Shown here piece by piece: positions 1-11,789 of a stretch of DNA of 64,000 bases. The stretch is from Macrostomum hystrix (Eukaryota > Animalia > Platyhelminthes). The stretch is from NCBI GenBank assembly GCA_950097015.1, contig CATNEN010000025.1, forward strand, positions 9,300,001 through 9,364,000, given 5' to 3'. A program made the position numbers and the translations under genes. How positions within the stretch are numbered: the stretch's first letter is position 1; every line of letters starts with the position of its first letter. The notes beneath the pieces are model-generated. The model was not told the origin of the DNA. It searched no databases and saw only the letters and a program-made list of their open reading frames with translations.

Positions 1-72
1 TGACAAGCCAACACACTGTACTGTGCAGCAAATGCAGCAAACTGCAAGGCTGAGTAGCTTAATCCTGCAAAA

Positions 73-3000
73 ATTCTCTGTGGGTTGTTGGATTCTTTGT
101 GGGTTGTTGGATTCTCTGTGGGTTGTTGGATTCTTTGTGGGTTGTTGGATTCTCTGTGGGTTGTTGCATTCTCTGTGGGTTGGGGGATTCTCTGTGGGTT
201 GTTGCATTCTCTGTGGGTTGGGGGATTCTCTGTGGGTTGTTGGATTCTTTGTGGGTTGTTGGATTCTTTGTAGGTTGTTGTATTCTCTGTGGGTTGGGGG
301 ATTCTTTGTGGGTTGTTGGATTCCCTGTGGGTTGTTGCATTCTCTGTGGGTTGTTGTATTCTCTGTGGGTTGGGGGATTCTTTGTGGGTTGTTGTATTCT
401 CTGTGGGTTGTTGCATTCTCTGTGGGTTGGGGGATTCTCTGTGGGTTGTTGGATTCTTTGTGGGTTGTTGGATTCTTTGTGGGTTGTTGGATTCTCTGTG
501 GGTTGGGGGATTCTTTGTGGGTTGTTGGATTCCCTGTGGGTTGTTGCATTCTCTGTGGGTTGTTGCATTCTCTGTGGGTTGTTGGATTCTTTCTGGGTTG
601 TTGGATTCTCTGTGGGTTGTTGCATTCTCTGTGGGTTGTTGGATTCTCTGTGGGTTGGGGGATTCTTTGTGGGTTGTTGGATTCTCTGTGGGTTGGGGGA
701 TTCTTTGTGGGTTGTTGCATTCCCTGTGGGTTGTTGCATTCTCTGTGGGTTGTTGTATTCTCTGTGGGTTGGGGGATTCTTTGTGGGTTGTTGTATTCTC
801 TGTGGGTTGTTGCATTCTCTGTGGGTTGGGGGATTCTCTGTGGGTTGTTGGATTCTTTGTGGGTTGTTGCATTCTCTGTGGGTTGTTGGATTCTCTGTGG
901 GTTGTTGGATTCTTTGTGGGTTGTTGGATTCCCTGTGGGTTGTTGCATTCTCTGTGGGTTGTTGCATTCTCTGTGGGTTGTTGGATTCTTTGTGGGTTGT
1001 TGGATTCTCTGTGGGTTGTTGCATTCTCTGTGGGTTGTTGGATTCTCTGTGGGTTGGGGGATTCTTTGTGGGTTGTTGGATTCTCTGTGGGTTGGGGGAT
1101 TCTTTGTGGTTGTTGGATTCCCTGTGGGTTGTTGCATTCTCTGTGGGTTGTTGTATTCTCTGTGGGTTGGGGGATTCTTTGTGGGTTGTTGTATTCTCTG
1201 TGGGTTGTTGCATTCTCTGTGGGTTGGGGGATTCTCTGTGGGTTGTTGGATTCTTTGTGGGTTGTTGGATTCTTTGTGGGTTGTTGCATTCTCTGTGGGT
1301 TGGGGGATTCTCTGTGGGTTGTTGTATTCTCTGTGGGTTGTTGTATTCTCTGTGGGTTGTTGGATTCTTTGTGGGTTGTTGGATTCTCTATGGGTTGTTG
1401 GATTCCCTGTGGGTTGTTGCATTCTCTGTGGGTTGTTGCATTCTCTGTGGGTTGTTGGATTCTTTGTGGGTTGTTGGATTCTCTGTGGGTTGTTGCATTC
1501 TCTGTGGGTTGTTGGATTCTCTGTGGGTTGGGGGATTCTTTGTGGGTTGTTGGATTCTCTGTGGGTTGGGGGATTCTTTGTGGGTTGTTGGATTCCCTGT
1601 GGGTTGTTGCATTCTCTGTGGGTTGTTGTATTCTCTGTGGGTTGGGGGATTCTTTGTGGGTTGTTGTATTCTCTGTGGGTTGTTGCATTCTCTGTGGGTT
1701 GGGGGATTCTCTGTGGGTTGTTGGATTCTTTGTGGGTTGTTGCATTCTCTGTGGGTTGTTGGATTCTTTGTGGGTTGTTGGATTCTCTGTGGGTTGTTGC
1801 ATTCTCTGTGGGTTGTTGGATTCTCTGTGGGTTGTTGGATTCTTTGTGGGTTGTTGGATTCTCTGTGGGTTGTTGCATTCTCTGTGGGTTGTTGGATTCT
1901 CTGTGGGTTGTTGGATTCTTTGTGGGTTGTTGGATTCCCTGTGGGTTGTTGCATTCTCTGTAGGTTGTTGCATTCTCTGTGGGTTGTTGGATTCTTTGTG
2001 GGTTGTTGGATTCTCTGTGGGTTGTTGCATTCTCTGTGGGTTGTTGCATTCTCTGTGGGTTGTTGGATTCTCTGTGGGTTGTTGCATTCTTTGTGGGTTG
2101 TTGGATTCTCTGTGGGTTGGGGGATTCTTTGTGGGTTGTTGGATTCCCTGTGGGTTGTTGCATTCTCTGTGGGTTGTTGGATTCTCTGTGGGTTGGGGGA
2201 TTCTTTGTGGGTTGTTGGATTCTCTGTGGGTTGTTGCATTCTCTGTGGGTTGTTGGATTCTCTGTGGGTTGTTGCATTCTCTGTGGGTTGGGGGATTCTC
2301 TGTGGGTTGTTGGATTCTTTGTGGGTTGTTGGATTCTCTGTGGGTTGTTGGATTCTTTGTGGGTTGTTGGATTCTCTGTGGGTTGTTGCATTCTCTGTGG
2401 GTTGGGGGATTCTCTGTGGGTTGTTGGATTCTTTGTGGGTTGTTGGATTCTCTGTGGGTTGTTGGATTCTTTGTGGGTTGTTGGATTCTTTGTGGGTTGT
2501 TGCATTCTCTGTGGGTTGTTGGATTCTCTGTGGGTTGTTGGATTCTTTGTGGGTTGTTGGATTCTCTGTGGGTTGTTGCATTCTCTGTGGGTTGTTGGAT
2601 TCTCTGTGGGTTGGGGGATTCTTTGTGGGTTGTTGGATTCTCTGTGGGTTGGGGGATTCTTTGTGGGTTGTTGGATTCCCTGTGGGTTGTTGCATTCTCT
2701 GTGGGTTGTTGTATTCTCTGTGGGTTGGGGGATTCTCTGTGGGTTGTTGTATTCTCTGTGGGTTGTTGGATTCTTTGTGGGTTGGGGGATTCTTTGTGGG
2801 TTGTTGTATTCTCTGTGGGTGGGGGATTATTTGTTGGTTGTTGTATTCTCTGTGGGTGGGGGATTATTTGTGGGTTGTTGTATTCTCTGTGGGTTGGGGG
2901 ATTCTCTGTGGGTTGGGGGATTCTTAGGGCGTTGGGGGATTCTCTGAGCGTTGGGGAATTCTCTGTGGGTTGGGGGATTCTCTGAGCGTTGGGGAATTCT

Positions 3001-3165
3001 CTGTGGGTTGGGGGATTCTCTGAGCGTTGGGGAATTCTCTGTGGGTTGTTGTATTCTCTGAGCGTTGAAGAATTCTCTGTGGGTTGGGGGATTCTCTGAG
3101 CGTTGAAGAATTCTCTGTGGGTTGGGGGATTCTCTGTGGGTTGGGGAATTCTCTGTGGGTTGGGG
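73..3165. repeat. 19-bp minisatellite (ATTCTCTGTGGGTTGTTGG and variants), ~160 units
   Basis: 19-bp period read directly. Variants are ctc/ctt/ccc and ttgg/ttgc/ttgt/gggg; units degenerate after ~2820. The long ORFs at 23-2985 are translations of this repeat. Confidence 0.97.
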
Positions 3166-3537
3166 TACAGAGGGGAGTAATGTGTTAGCAATAAAAGATG
3201 TGTAATTTAGGTGATATCGAAAAAACATTTTTAGCTTGTTTTGGCACGAAAAAACTTTTACAGATTTGGCATTTTGTTTTAAGTTAGACAATGGAACACA
3301 AAAAAATGCAAAAGGCAAGCCAAAGGCAAAGTACAAAATATAGTTTTTAATGCAAACTTTGAGAAATTTATTAAAAGGTAAAATGCAAAGATAAAAAATG
3401 GGAAAAATTTGTAGCGCTAGCACAGAATAAAGAATCAAACAGTGTTGGTATCGCATACCATTAGAAAACGCTTTAAAAAAATAAAAAATCAGCAATACAG
3501 CAAGGCGTCTTTTAAAATACCATTAAACATGACCATT

Positions 3538-6500
3538 CTAAAATAGTCCACTCAGACCGACATCACTTTTTATAACAGCGTCGGTCACCGACTCCAGCGC
3601 GCACCGACTATCAGCGGTGTCGATCGCGCACAAAAAATGCGTGTAAATCTCTCGCCTTTGACCGCGCCGGCGACCGTGCAGTCGTTCAAACTGCAGACGA
3701 ATGTAGGCCGCCGCCTGGGCGAATTCGTTGGGACCTGCCGGTGTTTAGAAAAGGGGTTAAACTCATAGAGTACTGCATAGAGAAAGCGTCACTTAGCAAC
3801 CGAGTTCATAAAAAACATTTGCTAACATGAGGCAAGAACTGAATGGAGATAAACGGGGATTTGTCAACCGAGCGGATAATTTGCCGCTTTATGTTTAACG
3901 ATATGCTCACTGGGGGAACAAACTAAATATGATAGTTTGCCAACTAGGGTATGCTTCTTTCTACGTTTATATATATATATATATTAATATACAATAGAGA
4001 AAATCTGAGGAATTAAAAATAATCGTCCGTGCTACCCAAAGTGGTTAGCCTTGTTAGTTGTACACTATTTTAATAAAAAGTTACTCAAGAAATTTTACGC
4101 GACACTCCGGAACTTAGCAATCAGAAGAGTAAAGTTTGCCATGAAGCCAATATAAAATACGATTGCATATTTAGTCGTTAAAAAATTGTACTATTCTGCG
4201 CCACTTTGCTCAGACGATTCACCAGACGAGGCCGATGATCCAGACGAGACAGAAACGTTCTGCAGAACATCAGAGGCCAGTCGAGCAACTTTAGCTGATG
4301 GCCCAATCTATCGCTCCATCGCAGATGAGGAATGACCGGTAAAACGAGCAATTTCTGGCCTTGACATCCCAGCATCCCGAAGCGTGGTGGCACAAGTCTT
4401 TCTAAGACTCTGATTCATGTAGACACCTGAACTTGGTTCAGGTAGACAAACAACCAGATTCCGAACAACAGCTTCCAAACTGTGGAGACCAAGCGATTGA
4501 TTTTGGTACCACCTGCCGGAGCGAATAGTGTCTTCCTTGCGGATGCACGACAGAAATAGCTGCGGCTTAGAGCAGTCTCTAGCGTCTAGACGATAGCCAA
4601 CGTACTTCTTATAGAGACACACTAGGCAACGAACATGACCGGGAGTGTGAAACAGTGTTTTGCTTGAGCGGCCTATTAAATGTCTTCAAACCACAAGGCT
4701 TTGTCTTTGAAACGGAACTCTCTTTGTACACGAGAACCTCGTCCGTGCCCTCGATAGAAAGCTGCAGCTGCTTGTTGATTTCGAGTGTGTAACTCACTAC
4801 CGCCTCGCAATCCGAAGACTTTACCGATTATGAATATTAGGGTGTTAAGTAGCACCTTCGGAGAATCATCTCCTAACAAACCTCGCTCCGAGGTCCTCGA
4901 TCTCACTATCCGAAGCAATTGGTGCAGCTGCCCGTCCACCATTGAGCTGTCCTTCCCGGGCGGTCTCTCGCGTTTCAGCGAACTCGGCGTCAGTCCAGAT
5001 GGAAAGAGTCCGTTTAAGTCCGTAAACAAAGTGGTGTTGGATCATGGAGACTAGATCTTTCAGGGTGCCAGGTGGAAACTTTTCTCCGTTCTCTTTACGA
5101 ACTTCGAACACAAAATACTGGAGCAAATGATTCAGGTCGGATTTCGTGAGATCCTCGGTTGGCTTGAGAACCATGAGTCCCGACTCTTCGCCTGCCAATC
5201 GACGATCGACGCGCGTCTCTTTCCATAGATTGAATAATTTCATTGCCCATTTTTCCTTCGCTCTGGTAGCTGGCAGGCAAACTTTCGTCGATTCGTTTTT
5301 AGAGCAGCTTCGTCCAGGGACTCAGCAGAAACTAGAGTTGTCGACTCAACTCCGAAAGCAGCAAAGAAAGCGTCAAAATTGAAGTCTTCTAAACGTCCCA
5401 TATTGTATTATTGATTGATTCTAGTTCGAAGAAAAAGTGACTTTGAATTCGGCTTTTACGTTTTGCCACCACTGACTGACTGGCTGCTTCGTGACTGTAT
5501 CTTCGTGAGAAATTTATTTATTTGTCTATGGTCGGAATCAAATGGTCTAAACCTATATGTCTATCAATCAGATGGGATGCCCCCGAAAATAAGCAATCGA
5601 ATTTCATATATCATAAACGCCGTTTAATTCACATTCTGAGGTTAGAATGTCCGAGGCTGCGTTTAATGGTCTCGAGGCGAGCTACGCTCGCTCAGGCCAT
5701 CTCACCTGGCCTCGGCCGGGTGCATCACAAGATTTTAGGCCAGTCGTTAACTGCAAACGTGTTCCAGCTTTTCATCGACGAGTTACTCTACGCTGTCAAC
5801 AACCGCGAAGACATCGAGAACGTTGATCAATTCTGTCTCATAATGGACGGTGCTCGATTCCACACCGGCGTGAGAATCCTACAACCGTTTGAAGCAAACT
5901 GGCAAGTCGTGCAACTGCCGCCGTACTCACCTATTTTTTAATCCGACTGATTAAAATCCGCCAGTGTGCGCACTCCTGCCTGAAGGCGAAAATAAAACGT
6001 CAGTTGTCTTTGACGCAAATTCAGCTCGCACTTGACAATCCGCCACCGCAGACAACACTACGCGAGTGGCGAGTTCTCGTGCTTTAGAGAATCGCGGAGG
6101 AAGCAACTTCGGAAATCACACAAGTCAAGTGTGGAGGTTGGTTTCGGAATGCACCCCGCTTCATACCTAGATGCATCGCTGGAGAAGACGCTCTTTGATT
6201 CCGTTCTTATCAGAGAGATACTTTGATACTTTTATTATCAAATCGAAAGATTTACCTGAGGAAAATGTTTGTTAGTTTCATCTTATGTTCTGAGTTTTTG
6301 TGTACATTTTTTATTCTCTGTTTCGTCAGATACATCGTCATTTCTTTCGTACCACCCTATTGTATTATAAAATATACATCATGTGGTTAAGCTGTCAATC
6401 TGAGAACTGAGAAATCATCAATTGCGTGTTCCCTTTATTTATATGGTTGCGGGAATAGTCATGGCTTCGACCATAGACAATAAGAAACTCAACTACTTTG

Positions 6501-9379
6501 CCATCGATTATTTAATTGCTTGTCCGTATTCTCTACTAGCTTGAAAAATGCGATATTAGGAACATGTATTGAATACGTGCTCATCTTGAAGATTAGCTAG
6601 TTGAAATTCAAAACAGACTGCCAAGTGAACTAGTCAATCATTATCAAAGGGCGCAATAAACTATAGTTTTGTGCGCTTTATTTTGCAGGAAAAGAACCTT
6701 CATACAAAGCAGCGCACCTGTATATTGTCGAAAGCAGGAATTGAGCGGCACTCGAGTCAGCCTCTCTCTGAATAGGTCAGTCTTATTCAGCAGCAGCACT
6801 GTGTGACTGGCTGCAAACCAGCGACAGGCACACACACTGTCAAACAGAAGCAGCGACTCTGTTAGCGCGTGCTGCTCTCCCCTATCTTCGGTGCAGTTGC
6901 GCTGCTGCAGCTGGGGCAGTTGGGCATACTCGGACAGGGCTGCCACAAATACAACAGCCGCCACGCCCTCGAAGCAGTGAATCCACTTCTTGCGGTCGCT
7001 GCCGATTCCGGCCACATCCAGCAGGCGATAACGCAGACTGCCGGATTGAAACTGGGCCTCGGCAATGCCGCCTCGAGTCTGGACGCGGGCTCGGAGCACG
7101 TCCGCCTCAGTCGGCAGGTAGTCTGGCTGGCAGATGCGTACCAGACTTGCCCAGAAGATACTCGGCGCTGTCATTCAGCTGGTATTCGGTGCGCCGCTTG
7201 AGGCAGAGCTGGACTCCGGCGTCTAGCGATAGGCGACGCATAGCGGCGGCTAGCTCCAGCGGCAGGTGGTCTCCTCCGCAAGCAGCCACTCCAGCGAGAC
7301 TGAACAGCAGCCTCGCATTTCTGAGACCATCCTCTGTGGCAAAGCCAATTCCCAATATGCCCATAGCACGCACAACAGTCTGCAGCGATTGCAAGGCGTT
7401 GCTGAGCACAACAGGCCGATGCTGAAGCCGCTCCTCGACGGAGTAGCCAGAGCCATGGATTATCCTACATATTTATAAGCAATTATCATTTGTGCACTTT
7501 CAATGCAGGTAAACATTAAATAGAGAATTTGAATTCTGTTGAAAGCACTTACCTAATTTGTTTCATTAATGTACTTTTGCCAGATTCACCAGTACCTAAA
7601 AGACAAAAGTGGTAGTCAAATTAGGGCCTGAGTTTACAAACATATTACTATTTCACTGACCACTGAGAACAAAAACCAAAAGGGACAGATACACATTGGG
7701 GTAAAAACTCATGCAGGTTTACATAAAAAAATATTGGATATGTGCCCCTGACATAAATTTTACTAGCAAACATTAAGAACACTACACAGATCCAATAAAC
7801 AGGATAACATGAATAGAACTGAAAATAGAAATGCAACAAATCTTGACAAGTCTCAAATGCTACAGTTCCTTCAATATTCTAGAAGTCACTACTTGGGCAG
7901 CTAGCTTTATAAAAATTTAGTTATTATTACATTGTCAAGTTTAAATAGTATAGAGCAATACAGACTTATAGAAATATTTACTAGGGTAATGTATCATCAA
8001 GATACAGTGTATCTTCAAAACCGAACAAGAATTTTGACTCCTTCCTTGGTCTTGTGCAAGACAGAAACAAGCTATTGTGTTTCACAGAACAACTAATTTG
8101 AAAGTTGAAGAAATTATCTACAAGCTGAGGCATGACATGCAATGAAGCATTAAGAAGAAAAATATATAGACATTTCAGTATAATTTTTTTATCGTAAAAG
8201 CATACTTTTAACAACATTTTTTCAGCATGTACTTTAGACTAAGATTGTATGCAGTTGCTTTCTAATTAAATGACCATAAATGTAGTTATTTATAGAGCAT
8301 GAAGAATGCTTTCAAATGACAATTCATGATAGTTCACTCCTTAAAATAATATTAATATTATAACATCAAATTATCTGTTCTGTTTGAAGATACATAAAAA
8401 TTGAAAATCATTGTTTGGTTTGAGATGAAAAACAAATAACTTTTTTCTATTTGACAAAATAGCAAAAGCAGATACTTTTTAGAAAAATAAAACTGTTTTC
8501 TATAACTTGGTCTTTGATTTATCATCATATCTTTAAAATAAAAAATCTGTAGCTTAGGTTTCGAAGTTAAAAAATACACTGTAATTGTTCAGTTAATGAT
8601 ACATTAGGCCTACCCTATGGTAGGTAACCTGGGGAGATGAGTGGCAAACAGATTAATGTCTTTGCATCTTGTACTAAATTCCCTGAGCTTGATTCCCTAG
8701 TGAGACCATATAAATTTGTTGCCACAGAGAGAAGGCTTGGGGCTTGTTGTGTAAATAATGCTCTTGAGGGCCAACACCTGTATGAGCATATGCCTGTATT
8801 GCCTGACAACAGTCAGTATCTGTTTGTAGGCCTAGGCCTATGCATACTAAAGAGCTAGCAAAATGGACATAATTTAAGTTTTATTTGTTCTTTAAGACAA
8901 AGATAGCCTAATCCTTTACAATGGTATTTGCTTATGCCTTTTAGGTTCAGTAGTGATTTTATAATTTCAATTACAATGAATAGGCCCTAATGTTTGAACA
9001 GATTTTATTAGGCCCTAATGTATATAACTTTTCAAAACTTTATAGGGTCTAATAAATATAATGAAAGGGTAAGTCAAGTAGAAATAGTATAATATATAAC
9101 AAAATTGTTACAAAATATTTTTTTGCTCTAGATTAGGTACCAGTCCATGAATATTTCATCAAAATGACTGTCATTTTCTAATTAAATAGGCCTAGGGCCT
9201 AGGCCTAACATTCAGTAGAAAAGAACAAAAAGCAATCAACCATGTTACATACCTAGCAAAAGTAGCTTGGCTTCAAGGAATGCATTTTCACAATCTTCTT
9301 TGATCTTTTTATCAATTGCTTGACTCCTTTTAGTAGCAATAGAATATTCATTAGGAGGTAAGCTAAAGTGACAACCCAT
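3538..9379 (-). CDS. Divergent heterotrimeric G protein alpha subunit, Gi/o class (~370 aa after removing one extra nt); functional gene or recent pseudogene
   Basis: Exons 9379-9253 (MGCHF...AKLLLLG), 7595-7553 (GTGESGKSTLMKQIR), 7464-6718 (IIHGSGYS...YQLNDSAEY...DVLRARVQT...DVAGIGSDRKKWIHCFEG...LNKTDLF...QYTG) and 3734-3538 (GPNEF...IYTHFLCAID...SGLF*). All junctions are GT-AG at positions typical of G-alpha-i introns. Exon 3 is 747 nt but needs 746; the frame shifts at the CCC run 7150-7152. Confidence 0.9.
4150..5390 (-). mobile_element. Crypton-type (DUF3504/CryptonA-like) tyrosine recombinase remnant inside G-alpha intron 3
   Basis: Frameshifted ORFs carry LQYFVFEVRKENGEKFPPGTL, IGKVFGLRGGSEL (catalytic Arg), YKESSVSKTKPCGLK and YMNQSLRKTCATTLRDAG...TGHSSSAMER*. 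Confidence 0.8.
5522..6230 (+). mobile_element. Tc1/IS630-superfamily DDE transposase remnant inside G-alpha intron 3
   Basis: CLIMDGARFH...QLPPYSPIFNP motifs followed by a broken C-terminus (LKAKIKRQL...IPRCIAGEDAL). No TIRs identified. Confidence 0.75.
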
Positions 9380-9980
9380 TGTTATTAGACTGAAAAAATA
9401 TGTCTTAGGCTTAATTTATGTAAATAGAAGATACTAGAGCATAAAGTAGGCCCTAAGGCAAATTATGGCACGAATTCATACTATTTCTTATGTAGTATTT
9501 AGTAGGCTCCTAATAAACAAAATAAATAGTAGGCCTACTCTAACTCTAACTATATAGCTAGGCCCAATACACAAAAAATATTAGCTAGGTGAAGTTCGTG
9601 CACTTAAATTATTTTTAAGCTTATAAATATCTAATATAAGCAAGCAAAATGGTATAGGCAAGTCCTTTTTTACTAATACTAAATATCAGATCAGATTAGG
9701 TCAGATTTTTGACTCGAAAAATATGGTATACTGTGATAGGGCCTACATTATGCAAGCTGTAGCTGGCCTATTGTTCAGGCTAATTAGTAAGCGTGCTCAC
9801 ATTGAAACAAAAAAGCAAATTGTAGGGCCTATTAGTAAGTATTGATATTCACATATGTAGCACATTCTGTTGCTAAAGTCATTTTGGTTGAAACAGGACA
9901 AACTTGCAGCAAAGTACAATTAGTTATGTTTGTAATTTTAAAATAGGCCCTAACTATAGGCCTATATTGTATTTTTGGAT

Positions 9981-10415
9981 CCTAGACACTTCGTCATCTT
10001 ACAACTTCGTCATCTTACAACTTCGTCATCCACTTGGAAGGTAGGACACTTCGTCATCCAGCCAATTGGCATGCTTTAAAGTTTGGTCAGTTCGTCATCT
10101 ACTAATAACAAATAAGCAATTAAGTTCGTCATCATTGAAGTGAGAGTGGGGTGGTGGGGCAGAGGTGTGAACACACTTCACATCTTAAAATGCCAAAGAG
10201 AGGTGTCAAAACTGATTTCATTATAAGAGTTGAAAGAAAGGTGCCAACACGATGTGAGGAGGTGGGGAGGGGTGGTTCTGTTCTAACTTTAAAAACTTTT
10301 GTTTTATAGATGACGAAGTGTCCATCAAGTCTAAGTCTCTTCGTCATCCATCCTCTAAGATATTGGACAGATCGTCATCTGGATGACGAAGTTGTAAGAT
10401 GACGAAGTGTCCAGG
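9981..10415. mobile_element. MITE / non-autonomous DNA transposon with ~33-bp TIRs and repeated TTCGTCATC motifs
   Basis: Left end CCTAGACACTTCGTCATCTTACAACTTCGTCATC; right end is the reverse complement CCTGGACACTTCGTCATCTTACAACTTCGTCATC. About 11 motif copies. TSD not resolved. Confidence 0.75.
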
Positions 10416-11789
10416 TACCGTATTTTTCGCTATGCGAGAAAGGGTACCAACAATAATCAGTTGATTGCACAAACCCAGCTTCAATGTGCAGCTTGCAGGC
10501 AGTGGGGTGGAGCGGGAGCTCAGAATACTCTAAACAGCGCCTAGCTTCAATCTTTCTTTCTCCCCTCTCTCTCGGGTTATGGTAGTTGGAACCCTGCCCA
10601 GAACAAATTGAACCGACCATGGACTGTGCATATTTTTTTTAAATATACTGGCTGTTGTGCTCTGTATATTGAGTTTGCCCTGAAGATGTCAGTTGGACAA
10701 AGCACATTGGAAAATAAATCTATATCTTTTTTGGCGTTTATTTTCCTACTAATCCTAAACTTATTTAAAGTTTCGAATAATATTATTGTAGAATACTACA
10801 ATCTGCATATTAATTGTAATATTAATTAGGCCTACTAATTTCTAGAGCTAATACTAGGCCCCCTACATAAGCTTAATATTGTATATAGGCATAGCTATTT
10901 TTGTTGTCTTGTTGACTAGCTAAACTCTTATTATAGGGGGATCAATAGTATAACCTCTAAATAGCTGCATTGCCTATAGTATCTTAAGTCTATCAGTAGC
11001 TAAGTTTGCAGAAACTAGATATACTTTTTTATTGGGCCTAGCTATGTTTTTGCCCACCATATGCATGTCAGCCAGTCTGTTTAAAGCATCCAAAAATTGA
11101 GTTTACTAGCTAATCAGAATTATATATTAGAAGCAGATCATTACTTTATTGTTAAAGTAGTAAGGCTAGGCCCTATGTCCTAAAATTATTAACAATTCAG
11201 TTGGCTAATTGACAAATGAAGTGGCCTATATTTGCTATATTTTCAAACTTCAAACTAATTTTTAAACATCACACTATCTATCCACCATATATATAGTATA
11301 GTCCTAGATATATAATTATTAGAGTAAACAAAAAGCACTTGTAATAAAACTATCAAAACCTTTTTTGAATTCAAAATAAAATCAATAGGGCCTATGAATA
11401 ATTTAAAGTATCCTTAAAATTGATATATCCATGCTTAGTTTTTTAGAAGAGATAACTAGCACACTAAGCCCCCCTTTGGGGGGCACTACTGTTCAAACAA
11501 AAATATTGTGTAATGCAGAAGGACAAAATACACCTGAAAGCAAACAAAAATTAAAACTCATGTCGTCAGTATTAATTTCCCTGATTGCAAATATACACTC
11601 GTATGTGATTGCAATTCAACGAAAATTTGAATTCTCACTAAATACAAAAATAGTCTGTCTGACACATTCAGTCTGTACACGAAGAGCCCCATCGGGGCAA
11701 AATTACACAAGTAACTTACGTTTGATACAACTCAGCTTAATGCTACTTAAGTACATGTGAAAACTATCCCCTCAGCAGTAAAAAACCAG

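Noticed and set aside
23-2985. Very long ORFs (up to 942 aa) in several frames
   Set aside because: Translations of a stop-poor 19-bp repeat, open in multiple frames and on both strands.
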